Shown here piece by piece: positions 37,423-49,388 of a stretch of DNA of 52,550 nucleotides. The notes beneath the pieces are model-generated. The model was given only the letters and a program-made list of their open reading frames with translations, did no database searches and was not told the origin of the DNA. The DNA lies in the NCBI GenBank assembly GCA_002104905.1, contig MCFE01000617.1, forward strand, positions 1 through 52,550, written 5' to 3'. The first letter of the stretch is position 1. Each line of letters starts with the position of its first letter. Position numbers and translations under genes: made by a program. The DNA is from Basidiobolus meristosporus CBS 931.73 (Eukaryota > Fungi > Basidiobolomycota).

Positions 37423-38473
37423 ATGGCAGCAGAAGAATGGCTGGACAACAGCTTGCTTTGACATTCAGTGCAACACGTGGGGCTACATCCAAAAAAGGCC
37501 CTGTGGACAGTGTGCCCATTGAAGGTACTAATGCAGACTCCTCCACAGCAAGTATGTTGTCAGCTCATGACAAAGCATCAATGAAGTAACTAGGTGCAGT
37601 GGCTGATAGGATAGATGTGATGGCCCAGAGAAATCAGGAAATAGTCCAGAAACAAGATGAGCAGATAACAGATATAGAGAAAATAATATCCCAGGTAGAG
37701 AAAGCAGTATCAATGCTGCAAAGAAGGAACTCAAGTAGCTCAATGTCACAGCCAAGAATTGAGCAATTTCCCAATGTAACAGTAGAGGAACACTGTACAG
37801 TCTTTGAAGCACAACAACAGTGCCCAAAGATAAAGCCCACAGAAAAACCTATCACAGCATGGGAGGGAGAGAATGTAGAGTTTATAGCATAGTCTAAACA
37901 TCAAAAGACATTGAATATCTGTGAAGCTGTTGAGTGCAATAAGGAAGAGTGGGCTGATATTAAAGAGGCCATCAGAAGTCAAGCATGCCATTACCTCAAG
38001 ACTGGCATACCATGCATCATCAGGGACTCAAGGCCAAGCAGAATACACTTGACTTGTTCCATGAGCGTTTTATGGAAATCAAATGGGCAAGCAGATTTTG
38101 GCACAGCATTGGTATGCTAAGAAAGTATCTTAAGAATAGCAGAAACTATCAACAGCAGAGGAAGAAGGGTGCCATGGCTAAAAACCAGTGGCTTCCCCAA
38201 GAGCCAATTACAAGCAGGGCAGAAAGCTCCAAACAAGTGTCAAACAGATATCAGGTAGCTGGAAGAGTGCCAATAAGGGACAGGCTGGCATACATGGATC
38301 CACCTGCACAACATTTATCAAGGAAAAAGCAGAGTACCACTCAAGAAGCACTCTGTCAAAGTAGTGGTGAAGATCCTGACAGTGATAAAAACCAGTGGTT
38401 TTCACAAGAGCCTGTCACAACTACAGCTGAGAGCTTGAAACAAGCGGGAAAGAAACATCAGGTTGCCAGATGA
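37423..38473 (+). pseudogene. CACTA ORF2 relic: coiled-coil-like N-terminus, Trp-spaced helical domain, 69-aa repeats
   Basis: Joined ORFs 37599-37892, 37911-38120 and 37985-38473 with stops and a frameshift. Opposite strand to the transposase. Confidence 0.6.
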
Positions 38474-38859
38474 GTGCTAGCAAGGGACAAGCAGGTGACA
38501 AGTATGGCTAGGTGCTGTTATAGAGGTATCAAGTGGCCAGCAAGATATTCTTGGTTCAGTAGTGACCGATGAGTGATAGAATATGACTTGTGTGGCAAAA
38601 CAATGGCCATGATCCTTGTATTATTTCCTATGCTCTTTGCATGCTTTATGGCAGAGAGGCTTGCTACAATAGCCACATGGTCTTTTTTCTCTTCTCTTAC
38701 AGCATTGAATTAAGGTAGTCTTGTCCATAGTGCAACAGTTCAACACACAACAATGTAACACTGTTTTACCTTTTTTTTGTCAATACTCATGTAAATTTAA
38801 GTCAGTCGTTTATTTAAGATATTGCACCTACATGAATGAAAGATTCAATGATGACCCAC

Positions 38860-41418
38860 CCCTATGAAAAATAACTTGGTCCTGCAGGTGGATCTAAACC
38901 ATATCAGCTGTCAGAATTCTATTTAGAGACCATCATAATACCAGCAGCTTGGAATTAGTGACCCTCTTAATGATCATATGATGGGATCACAACAGTGTTT
39001 TGCTAATTTTACTACCAAATGAAGTGATAAAACTTGACAAAATCTGATTGGTGCTGTGACAATAATTGCATGGTATTGTTGCAGTCTTATTGCGTTCTAC
39101 AACTAGTTTAATTGGATCCAACTGGCAAGGATATCCAATTGCCTTATATGGCAAGGAGCTTGACAGTACTTCAACAGCCTTGCAGAAAGACCTTGATGGC
39201 ATTATAATGGCAGTATGGTGGCCTACAGTTAGTTCTGTACAATGCTACTGTACCAATTTACTAAATGGTATTTCCTTTTTCTACCTCCCCTTGTGCAATT
39301 CATATATTCCACTCTAGAATCACCCCTCTTTATGTAATTACCCACTGCTACCTTGGGTATTCTACATAGAGTTTGAATAAAAAAAATTATGGCCTCCTGT
39401 TTACTAACCTCTACAAACTTGCTCACCTGCAGAAATTGACATACTTCTATCACTACAACTTTATGGCTTTTTAGTGTGATACTTGCAAAGTTGCCATATA
39501 CCTTGAACTGCTGGCAACACATACATGTTGCAATCAATTGCTTGGTTGTAGCCACTTCTGCCATGAATACCTCCTCAATGTCTGTTAAGAACTTCTTGGT
39601 ATTTAGCCAATATATTCCTTCTCCCTACTGGATTTAGGTGCCCCTTATAGGTGCCCTCTGGCACTTGTTTGTTTGAATTCCATATTGATTAATATAGAAG
39701 TTGGCCTTTGACCAAGAGAATTCTGGCATACCTTGGTAGAGTTTTCCTAATAAAAATTAGTTGCTTGTTGCACCTAACCCAACTTTGCATTGCTTAACTT
39801 ATTACCCATGCATTGGGGCTGCTTAACTTCTTAATGCCATTAAAATAGGTGTCTTTGTGTGCACATTTGTCCTCAGTATTTTCCAACTCTTCCTGGCTGT
39901 CCTCCATGTGCCAACTCATCACATATATGATGGACTTGAAGGTAGTAGTATCCTTGATGAGATTGGGATATGGTAGTACCTATAACTTGACTTGTCTTCC
40001 TATCTCCCCACACTTCCACTCCAGAGGAAGCTCCCAAAGGTGAAGTAAGGCCCAATATTCTCCACACACTGTGCAAGATGGAGTAGAGAATGGATACAGT
40101 AGCAGCTGAGATCTATGAGTTCAGCTTCATATTTGTAGTATAGCTGCTCAATTCCCATCACACACTCCTTGCACAACAGTAGTAGATGTGTCAAGTTGGC
40201 ATTGGTGATCTGCTTCTGCATAAACATTCCTACAATGTCCACATATGACTCCCAAAGCCTCCAATGTACTCTTGGTAGAAATGGCTGCAGAACACCACTT
40301 GAATAAATACATATCCAGTTCATCCAGTGTTTGTATTTTTATTGTGGCACATGCGTATGAATGTTGATTTGAGCGCATGAGAGGTACTTAGGGTAGCGGA
40401 TACTCTGTAATAAAGGGAAAGGGAGAAATGTCAACCCAAGCCTGAGACAGGGAGGCATGCAAAAAACTGCAGTTCTTGCAAACTAACGCCACAAGCCCAG
40501 AACAGATTAAATCCCATCATAGCCAAGCCAAATTACCAGCAAGAAATCAGCTATTTTCACAAGAGTTGGAAGCTCAGCCAGTCAAACTACGCTCCTGTGA
40601 GGTAGATGAGTTTGCAAGAAGGGCGATTTGTCTACCACAGCCTCCTTGTGCACCATTGTTGACAGAGTGGAGATCGCACTAACAGACAAGGCTACAGTGT
40701 CAAGAACTCAAAAGACTATCAAAATGTCTTTGGTGGGATTTGAGAACATTAACAGGCACACCAGGAGGTTGCAGTATTTCTTCAAGAGCAGTGCTCAAAA
40801 AACACACTTGAATATTGCAAGGATTTATTGCAAAGACTGGCAGATGAGGTGCCAGACCTTGCAGTGCCAGTTGAATACCAGGATGTGTGGGAACCAGTGA
40901 ATGAAAGGTGGCATAAAGCCATTGGATTCCAGCATTGAGCATTAAAGCAGAAATACTTATTGAGTGGTGGATTTTAATTGAGCTACTTGTTGAGTGTAGG
41001 GTTGGGCTTAGTGCTAGTGTAGGTTATACGGACTTGTATAGGTCAATACAATTGGCAATTGAGGCACAACTGAAGTTTCAACCAGATAAATCAATTTGTA
41101 CACATCAAAAGCAGGAGAACAATTGAGTTAGGAAGTAAGGAGTGTGAAAAAGAGGCAAAAGCCAATCAATGTACACAAATATAGGAGGTAATTAAGTGTC
41201 TAGGATCAGAAAGTGAGCAAATTTGCTGGAAATTAATCAAAAGCAACAAATATAATGTTGAAATGAAAGATTTTGACCAAGTTTTTTGTGAGATCTGGGG
41301 TGCAATTATTTTTCAGCCACCTCAGCATAGTGTCCTGATGTGCCCAGTACCTCTTAGTCACAGGACTTTGAATTTGTGGCAGCCTTTTCATGTGCTCATC
41401 ACAATAATTTTCATAGGG
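38860..41418 (-). mobile_element. CACTA copy 3, internally deleted, with both TIRs
   Basis: CCCTATGAAAAATA at 38860 and AATTTTCATAGGG ending at 41418. The transposase 3' part (ORF 40000-40323) is joined at ~40415 to the ORF2 tail and right end. No matching TSD. Confidence 0.75.
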
Positions 41419-41811
41419 ATTTACTTGGAATATTTTCACCAAATTACTGGTACCCAAACATGAGAATTCTTAAAGTTGTCCAAACAGCCCAAAACTTGAC
41501 ACACAAGCTCTTGAGACATTCCCGTGCCTATTCTACGTGTTTGTTTTGGCAAGACTATGTAAAGTATATATTCTATTTTTACATTCAATCAATCATCAAG
41601 TGGAAACCATATAATCTACTTGTTCTCTCAGTGACTTCCAATATCTCCAAGACTCTTACAACAGGTTATTAGCTCCAAGCTGTAACTCTCTGCAATGTCT
41701 ACTACTGCTATAACTGGATATTCCCCCTCCACTGAAAAGTAGAATGGATCAAGCTATCAAGTATGGAAGGTAAAAATGAAGATGCTGCTATAAGAAAGAG
41801 GCCTTTGGGAT
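41419..41811 (+). mobile_element. Partial Copia 5' LTR, PBS and gag start
   Basis: LTR from GGATTTAC to TTACAACA (~41660), degenerate PBS GGTTATTAGCTCC, gag MSTTAITG..WKVKMKMLL. Confidence 0.88.
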
Positions 41812-42488
41812 GTTGTAGCTGATCTTTGATCATTTGTTACAAGTCCTTGTATAAGAGTTGTAGAGGAATATGGAGCTTAGGTAGTATTGTATTTACTAAA
41901 ACTTGAACTGATTTTTATTGAGGGTCCAGCAGCTCCTTAGTTACATTTTGTCAGATCAATTGCTGACTAATTGTGTTTCCTATTGTAGGTTGTTGCTAAT
42001 GACTCATATGATTGCATCATCATCACCCAATAAGATCCAATTTCATATATCTGTTCCTGTCTGATAAGAATCTGCTGTTTCATTTGCTGATTTATGCTAC
42101 TGATTTGATAGATACACTGTTATACTGACAGGCTGAGCATATAACTAATTGACTTGACTTAAAACTGATCTGACTTAAACATTAAAGCAGTAGATCATAA
42201 CACATTTTGCACAATTAATCAAAATTAATATGTCCAAATCTCCTGTCAAAAGCATTTGTATTTCTTCATTCAAGTTAGTTATATTGGCTTCCAGATATCA
42301 TGGGATATGAGTCAACTTTTGTAGATTCTGATCTCTAATACCCAAAGCAATGTGGGTATCATTTTGATCAGTAATCCTGCCTCCAGAATTGTAAGAGCTG
42401 AAACTGGGTTCCTTTTCAATGGCCTTACTTACAAATAGTTGGCTCTTGGCTATTTCTGATACATTGAGCATATCTTTGAAGGTAAATG
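41812..42488 (-). mobile_element. Copia protease/pre-integrase fragment
   Basis: Reverse-matches 16340-16635 once the solo LTR is removed. Confidence 0.75.
41835..42202 (-). mobile_element. Solo Gypsy LTR (family G2)
   Basis: TGTTAC...CATAACA, inverted copy of 49389-49756, 4-bp TSD CATT. Confidence 0.92.
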
Positions 42489-45400
42489 TGTAATGATCTG
42501 CTGCTTGAATGTTTAAGTTAGATCAGTTCTTAGTCAAATCAATTAGTTATATGTTCAGCTTATCAGTATAACAGTAATATCTATCAAATCAGTAGCATTA
42601 GTCAGCAAATGAATCAGCAGGTCCTTATCAGACAGAAATAGATATATTAGGTAGGATCTTATTGGGTGATGATTGTGCAATCAAATGAGTCATCAGCCAC
42701 AGCCCACATTGGAAAATATAATTAGTGAGCAATTGATCTGGCAAAATGTATATAAGGAGCTACTGGAATATCAATAAAGATCAGTTCAAGTTTTAGTGAA
42801 TACAATACTACCTAAACTCCCTATTCCTCTACAACTCTTATACCAAGACTTGTAACATAGGTAGCAGTGATAACCAGAAGCATACCTCCTGAAAAAAGAA
42901 GAAGCCTCCCTCAAGATGTCCAAAAATTAAGAATGGAAGAATGCTATGCAACAAATCCTGGCCCAGCAGCAACAGTTACTTCAGATCCTTAGCCAGCAGC
43001 ATCAAGGAATGACTACCATAGCCAAAAGCCAGCAAAACCCTGTCAAGAGCAACTTTAGTGTGAAGGTTAACTGGTACCATGGTCAAGTCAATGAAAACCT
43101 GGGTACTTGGCTCTTCCAAGTTGAAGAAGCTTTAAAGGCTAAAGGAATTGCTGCAGAAAGCAAGTTACATTATGCAGCCTCTTACCTGGCAGACACAGCT
43201 TTACAGTGGTACCACAACAAGATCAGGTCAGCTACCATGATGGGATGCTCTGCAATCTCTTCTGGGGATGATTTTGTGTTGGAAATTCAGGGTGCCTCTG
43301 AGCCCCCACACCAACAGACTCTACTAAGAAGAAAGTTGAAGACACTCAGACAGTAAGGAATGGTCCAAGAGTATATCTATGAATATAGATGTCTACCTGA
43401 GCAAATTAAAAGAATGAACCCTCTGGATCAAGTTGAATACTTTATTGATGGGTTGAAAGAAAGAACTTGTATGGAAGTGAGTTATTGAAGACCTCAGACT
43501 ATTGAAGAAGCCATCAAGATTGCCATTGACTATGACTCAGCTATGTTTGGAGTTGGGAAGCCCACAATGACTGATCAGAGAGGCTACAATCACTATGAAA
43601 GATGACAATCAGAAGCAGTGCCAATGGAAATAGATGCTATGCAGAAGAATCCTACCACAGAAGAATGTAAGAAAGGACTTTGTTTCAATTGCCACTAGCA
43701 GGGACATATTGCAAAGTACTCTCCCCAGAGAAGAGGTGGACACCAGCCATCAAGAACTTTTAACCATCTTCATGCCCTGGAGTATAGCAACATGGAGGAT
43801 GAACTTTAAGAAGACTCAGAACTTGCCATCCATATGACAGAGGAATATCTATTCCAGATGACCTCAAACTCAGGAAAGCTATTATACTTGAATGGAGTAA
43901 TCAATGGAGTACCTGCCAAGACCATGATTGACTCAGGAGCATTTCATGAGTACATGTCAGAGCAATTTGCTTTGAAAGCTGGAATCAACTTGGAAGACAC
44001 CAAACCAACTTCAGTCTCAACAGCTTATGGGAACTCTCAAATAATCAACCGTATTACTCAGCCAGTAAGGATGAAGATCAATGACTATGAAGAAGATCTA
44101 CAGGCCTACATATTTGGGAGCTGCAAGTCTAACCTTGCACTTGGGAAAGCCTGGCTATTTTGTTGTAATACAACAACCAACTGGAGAACCCATGCTGCTC
44201 AAATCCAGAAGGACAACAAGACCTATGAGCTATTACCTGCCAGACTGGTTTTTAACTGGGTAAATTCCAGTGTGTGTGAAACAAGTGAACTTAGCAAGAC
44301 ACAGTTCTGTATTCCACTAAGAAAAGGTACTCAGATGTTCCTCATGGCAGTATTACCGGAGGATTCCTCTACTCCAGTACCCCAGATGGTCTAGACTCTT
44401 TTGAAGGAATATTCAGTTGTATATTCAGCAGAGCTTGTAAGCCTACCACCAGTCAGAGATGTGGATCATGCCATTGAAACAGGAGATGGCCCTCCAGTGA
44501 GTAAGACACCTTACAGAATGAGTCCATTAGAGTTGGAAGAGATGAAGAGGCATTTAGATCAGTTACCAGAGCAAGGATATATCAGACCCAGCAAGTCACC
44601 TTGGGGAGAACTGGTACTTTTTGCAAAGAAGAAGGATGGAACACTTAGAATGTGCATTGACTACAGAGCCCTCAACTCAGCTACTGTGAAGAATAAGTAC
44701 CCCATACCTTGGATTGATGAGCTTTTGGACCAACTCAATGGAGCCACTATTTTCAGCAAGATTGACCTCATGTCAGGATACAACCAGATTAGGGTGAAGC
44801 CAGAACACATCCCCAAGACAGCATTTGGGCCCTGATATGGACATTACTAGTACTTAGTCATGAGTCTTGGCCTCACCAATGCCCCTGCAACATTCATGAC
44901 CCTGAAGCAGACAGTCTTCCAGGAGTACTCCGACAAGTTTGTCATAATCTACCTAGATGATATATTGATATACAGCAAGACAGAAGAGGATTATTTGGTG
45001 CATATTGAAAGGGTTTTGAAGAAGCTAAGAGAAAACAAGCCTTATGGCAAGCTATGCAAGTGTGAATTCTTCAAGGAACACATTGAATATCTGGGACATA
45101 TAGTGACTAGCACAGGAGTAACCTTAGACTCTAAGAAGGTTGAAGTTATCAATAATCTGAAGCAGCCTCAATTCATAGCGGTACCCAGATCATTCTTTGG
45201 AATGGTTTCCTATTATTGGTGATTTGTCAAGTCCTTTGCAAGTATTGCAGCCCCTTCAACTGATATCCTCAATACCTACAAGTGGAACATAGCTTGTGAG
45301 ACTGCCTTCCAGACCCTCAGGAATGAACATGCTAAGCTGCCAAGCTCAAGAATACCTGAATTCAGAAAAGAGTTTACTCTGTGCATGGATGCTTCAGATT

Positions 45401-47377
45401 ATGCAATTGGTGGAGTGTTGAGTCAAGAACACAAGGGAAAGGTCTACCCTGTTGCCTTTGAATCCAAGAAACTGAACACAGCAGAACAGTACTATCCAGT
45501 GCATGAGAAAGTGATGCCTGCTATAATACACTGTTTGAAGAAATGTAGATGTTATGTTGAAGGAGTCAAATGCACCGTGAAGACTGATCATGCCTCCCTC
45601 AAGTATATATCTACTCAGAAGGTACTCTCTAAAAGAATGACAAGATGGAGTGAATACATTCAGCAATATGACTTGGAGATTGTCTACTGCCCTGGAAAAA
45701 AAAACACGGTTGCTGATGCCTTATCAAGATTAGATCAAGCTGCACAACTCAGCTTGGTGCATGAGTCAGATTGGCCTTGCCTATTACCAAAGTACTTGGA
45801 GGACCAAGCCATTCCTAATGAGGTGGATGTAGATATCAAGAAGATAATCCAGATGAAGCCAGTAAATTTATATTTCAGGATGAAACACTACCAAACTGTT
45901 GATGGAAGCCCTATTGCCTATTGCCCTTATGTTTCTTGCCTGGATTTAATTCATAAGCTACACAATGGATATGGACATCTTGGGATTGAAGGAACTTATA
46001 GACTTGTGAAAGCCAGAGCATGGTGGCCTAGAATGAAACATCACATTGAGGAGCTAGTGAGAACATGCCCAAACTGCCAAATGAATCAAGGCCAGCCACA
46101 GAGAATTGCTGAACTCTTTCCCTTCGAGCCTATAAGACTATTTGAAAGATGGGGAACTGACTTTATTGGAAGTCTGCAAATTACCCGGAAATGCAACCTT
46201 TGGATCCTAGTAGCAATTGATCATGCCACTAAATGGCCAGTGGCTACAGCTGTACCTATAGCCAGTGAACAAGAAGTTGTAAGCTTCATCTACCATGAGC
46301 TCCTTATAAGGTTTGGATGCCCTGTAGGGATTCCATCCAATAGAGGTGCAGACTTTATGACAAAGACACTGGAAGCTTACCTGGAAATGCAGCAGATCAA
46401 TCACTTGAAAACCTTGGCATATCACCCCAGAACTGATGGAGTCACTCAACGGTTTAACATATTATTTGGAAAAATGCTGGCCAAGTATGCAAATGGAGTT
46501 GTCAGTAGATAGGATGAGTATATGAACCAAGCACTCTTTGCATGCAGAGTCTGAATACACAACACTGTTGCAATTTAAGAACTGATTTGGTTATAAGGAA
46601 CTTATCAAGAAATAGTGATAATTGTTGAACTGTTGTTTATTAATAAAGAAGCTCAGTATTTATACCTTTGTAGAAGTAATACAGCTGTAGCACTGAATAA
46701 GGAAGGTTTCTCAATATTCAGGAGCATTCTGTAACAGTTTTTAGGTTAGTACATAATAGTTAGTATTAGTGCTAATTTGGTCCTGACTATAGGGGAATAA
46801 TCTTAAGATCATAGATCTGAAGAAAGTGGCAAGGTTAGAGCTGTAAATTAGCCCCACAGTGACCAAGACTAGTCCAGAATTGTTGAGTAAATTTTTAGCT
46901 GCAGAATGGTACCAAATAGTTCAATATTTCAGCAAACACCACCCTGCAATTGCCATTTTACTTAGTATATGGATGTTAACCAAGGATTCCAGGAGATCTC
47001 ACACAACCAAAGCTTACAGACACCTTAGAAGATGAACCCAGTCAACCAAGTAGCCACAAGCAACTGGAGCAATGACATCAAGAGGCACAGACCAAAGTAT
47101 CTCAAAGTGCAGAAAAGTTGAAGCAGAGATTTAATAAGACTCAGCACCAGAAGCATTGACAGTTGGGAACTTTTATTGCTAAGAAACAACACTTGGAAGA
47201 AGTTTGAGATACAATGGACAGGACCATTCAAGACCATCAGAGAATGTCCATTTGCAAATGACAAAATGTAATTAAGGAGCTGCTGGAACCTGAATAAAAA
47301 TCAGTTCAAGTTTTAGTGAATACAATATTACCTAAACTCCCTATTCCTCTACAACCCTTATACAAAGACTTGTAACA
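42489..47377 (+). mobile_element. Ty3/Gypsy element E (degenerate), 3' LTR partly deleted
   Basis: 5' LTR 42489-42857, PBS-like TAGGTAGCAG, gag, PR (IDSGA), RT (LDDI), RH (DASDYAIG), IN (WGTDFIG, YHPRTDG..R), WTGPF motif, 3' LTR remnant ~47261-47377. No matching TSD. Confidence 0.92.
46566..46934. mobile_element. Probable solo LTR of a third family inserted in the integrase of E
   Basis: TGTTG...CAGCA, 369 bp, flanked by AACAC on both sides. Integrase resumes (PFYLVYG). Confidence 0.6.
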
Positions 47378-47409
47378 CACCTACCTACTACAGTTACACA
47401 TCAAACTTG

Positions 47410-47623
47410 ATATCAGGGAGCATTTCAGGGTTGTGCATACAGCACGGAGAGGCCTTTGGAGACACTTGGAGCATCTAGGAAGCCAGAGAAGAAGAAGCTT
47501 TCATCATGGTGATAAATTGATAAATACATCAGCAATGTAGACCCAGAAGTTATTGTGCCCATCAGACACCTCACACACCTTGAGCTGTGTTGCCTCTCCC
47601 AGTAGTACCTCTACACCTCTATA
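47410..47623 (+). mobile_element. 3' part of a G1 LTR
   Basis: Matches 26805-27010 (GAGGCCTTTGGAGACACTTGGAGC...GTACCTCTACACC). Confidence 0.8.
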
Positions 47624-47629
47624 CTATAC

Positions 47630-48241
47630 TACTTAGCCAGTAAGAATGAAATTTAATGAGTATGATGAAGGCCTAGAGGCCTACATTTTGGTAACTGCAA
47701 ACATCACCCAGTACTTGGACAATATGGCTATTCAACCATAATCCATGAATCAATTGAACCCATGCTACTCAGATCCAAAAAGGCAACCAGACCTATAAGC
47801 TCCAACCTACCAGACTTGACTTCAACTTGATAGATTCCAGTAGTTGGACCCCAGTGAGCTTAGCAAAGAGCAGTTATGTAGAGCACTTATGAAAGGTACA
47901 TGAGTATTTCTCATTGTGGCGTTCCATGATGGTTCCTCTGTTCCAGTTCCTCAGAATGTCCATACTCTTTTGAAGGAGCTTTAAGATATGTTTCCAGACC
48001 AACTTGTTAGCCCGCCACCAGTCAGAGATTTGGATCACAACATAAGCCACAGCCCCCAGAGACCAAGACACCTTACTTGATGACTCCATTAGAATTGAGT
48101 GAGATGAGCACCAAATCAGTGAACTTATAGAGCAAGAACATATCAGGCCTGTGAAGTCACCTGGGGGAGCACCAGTTCTTTTTGTGATAAAGACAGATGG
48201 AGCACTTAAGATGTGCATTGACTAAAGAGCCCTTAATTATT
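47630..48241 (+). pseudogene. Older Gypsy PR-RT fragment
   Basis: Colinear with 44070-44670 but more diverged (GAPVLFV..DGALKMCID). Confidence 0.8.
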
Positions 48242-49388
48242 GGATTATTGTATTGGTGTTATCTATCTAGTCAGTAGTATTAGTCAGCAAATGAACCAGC
48301 AGATCCATATCAGACAGAAATATACGTATTAAACAGGACTTAAATATCTGATGATGATGTAATCAAATGAGTCATCAGCCACAACCTTCATTAGGAAATG
48401 AATCAGTCAGCAATTGATCTGGCAAAATGTATGTAAGGAGCTGGTGGAACTTCAATAAAAATCAGTTAAAGTTTTAGTGAGTACAGTGCTAGCTAAACTC
48501 CCAATTCCTCTATAACTCTTATATCAAGACCTGAAACATTGGTAGTAGCTATAGCCAGAAGCCTCCCTCCTGACAAAAGAAGAAGCCAACCTCAAGATAT
48601 CAAATAAACAATAATGGAAGAATGCTAGGCGGCAAATCCTGGCCCAACAGCAACAGATAATTCAGATCCTCAGCCAGCAGCAGAAAAGAATGCTACCATG
48701 ACTCAGACCCACAAAGCCCTTTCAAGAGCAACTTTAGTGGCAAGGTCCACCAGCACCATTATAGAGTCAACAAAAACCTGGATACCTTGAACCTCCCCAC
48801 CAGCAGAAACAATCAAGGAGGAAGCTGAAGACACTCAAACAGAAAGGAATAGCTCAAGAATACATTTACAAGTATAGATGTCTACCTGGGCAAATGACAG
48901 AATGGAACCCCTGCATCAAATTGAGTGCTTTATTGATTGTTTGAAAGAAAGAACTTACAAGTAAGTGAGTTACCAAACACCTCAGACTACTGTAGAAGTC
49001 ATCAAGATTGCCATTGACTATAACTCAGCTATGTTTGGAGTTGGGAAGCCCACAATGACTAGTCAGTGAGGCTCTAATTGCTAAGAAAGAAGACAATCAG
49101 AAGCAGTGCCAATGGAAATAGAAGCTGTGCAGAAGAGTGCTACCTTGGAAAAATGCAAGAAGAAAGGACTTTGCTTTAAGTGCCACCAACAAGAATTTAT
49201 TGGAAAATACTTCCCTCAGAGTAGAACTGCACCTCTATCACAAGAACCTTCACTCACATTGAAGCCCTCAAGCATAAAAATATGGAGGATGAACTTAAAG
49301 AAGACTCATAACTCACATTCCATAAGACAGAAGTATACCTTTTACCCATTGAACTCAAACTCAGGAAAGCTATTATACTTGAATGGAG
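48242..49388 (+). mobile_element. Truncated Gypsy (G2): 5'-clipped LTR, PBS and degenerate gag, cut by element F
   Basis: LTR to 48538, TTGGTAGTAGC, gag remnant ending KLLYLNGV at the F insertion point. Confidence 0.85.

Larger units (their letters stand above)
33921..38859 (-). mobile_element. CACTA/En-Spm copy 2: left TIR, transposase pseudogene (~34300-37310, -), divergent ORF2
   Basis: TIR at 33921. CPNC..YIPVIP, DIFDGKH, LALDGF, IHSLL.LAQC.ENFGP motifs. A 46-bp tandem duplication at 36754-36845. Confidence 0.88.

Noticed and set aside
42946-43040. Gln-rich Gypsy Gag N-terminus as a prion-like domain
   Set aside because: Short, Leu-interspersed and more consistent with a coiled coil. 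Common in gag N-termini.
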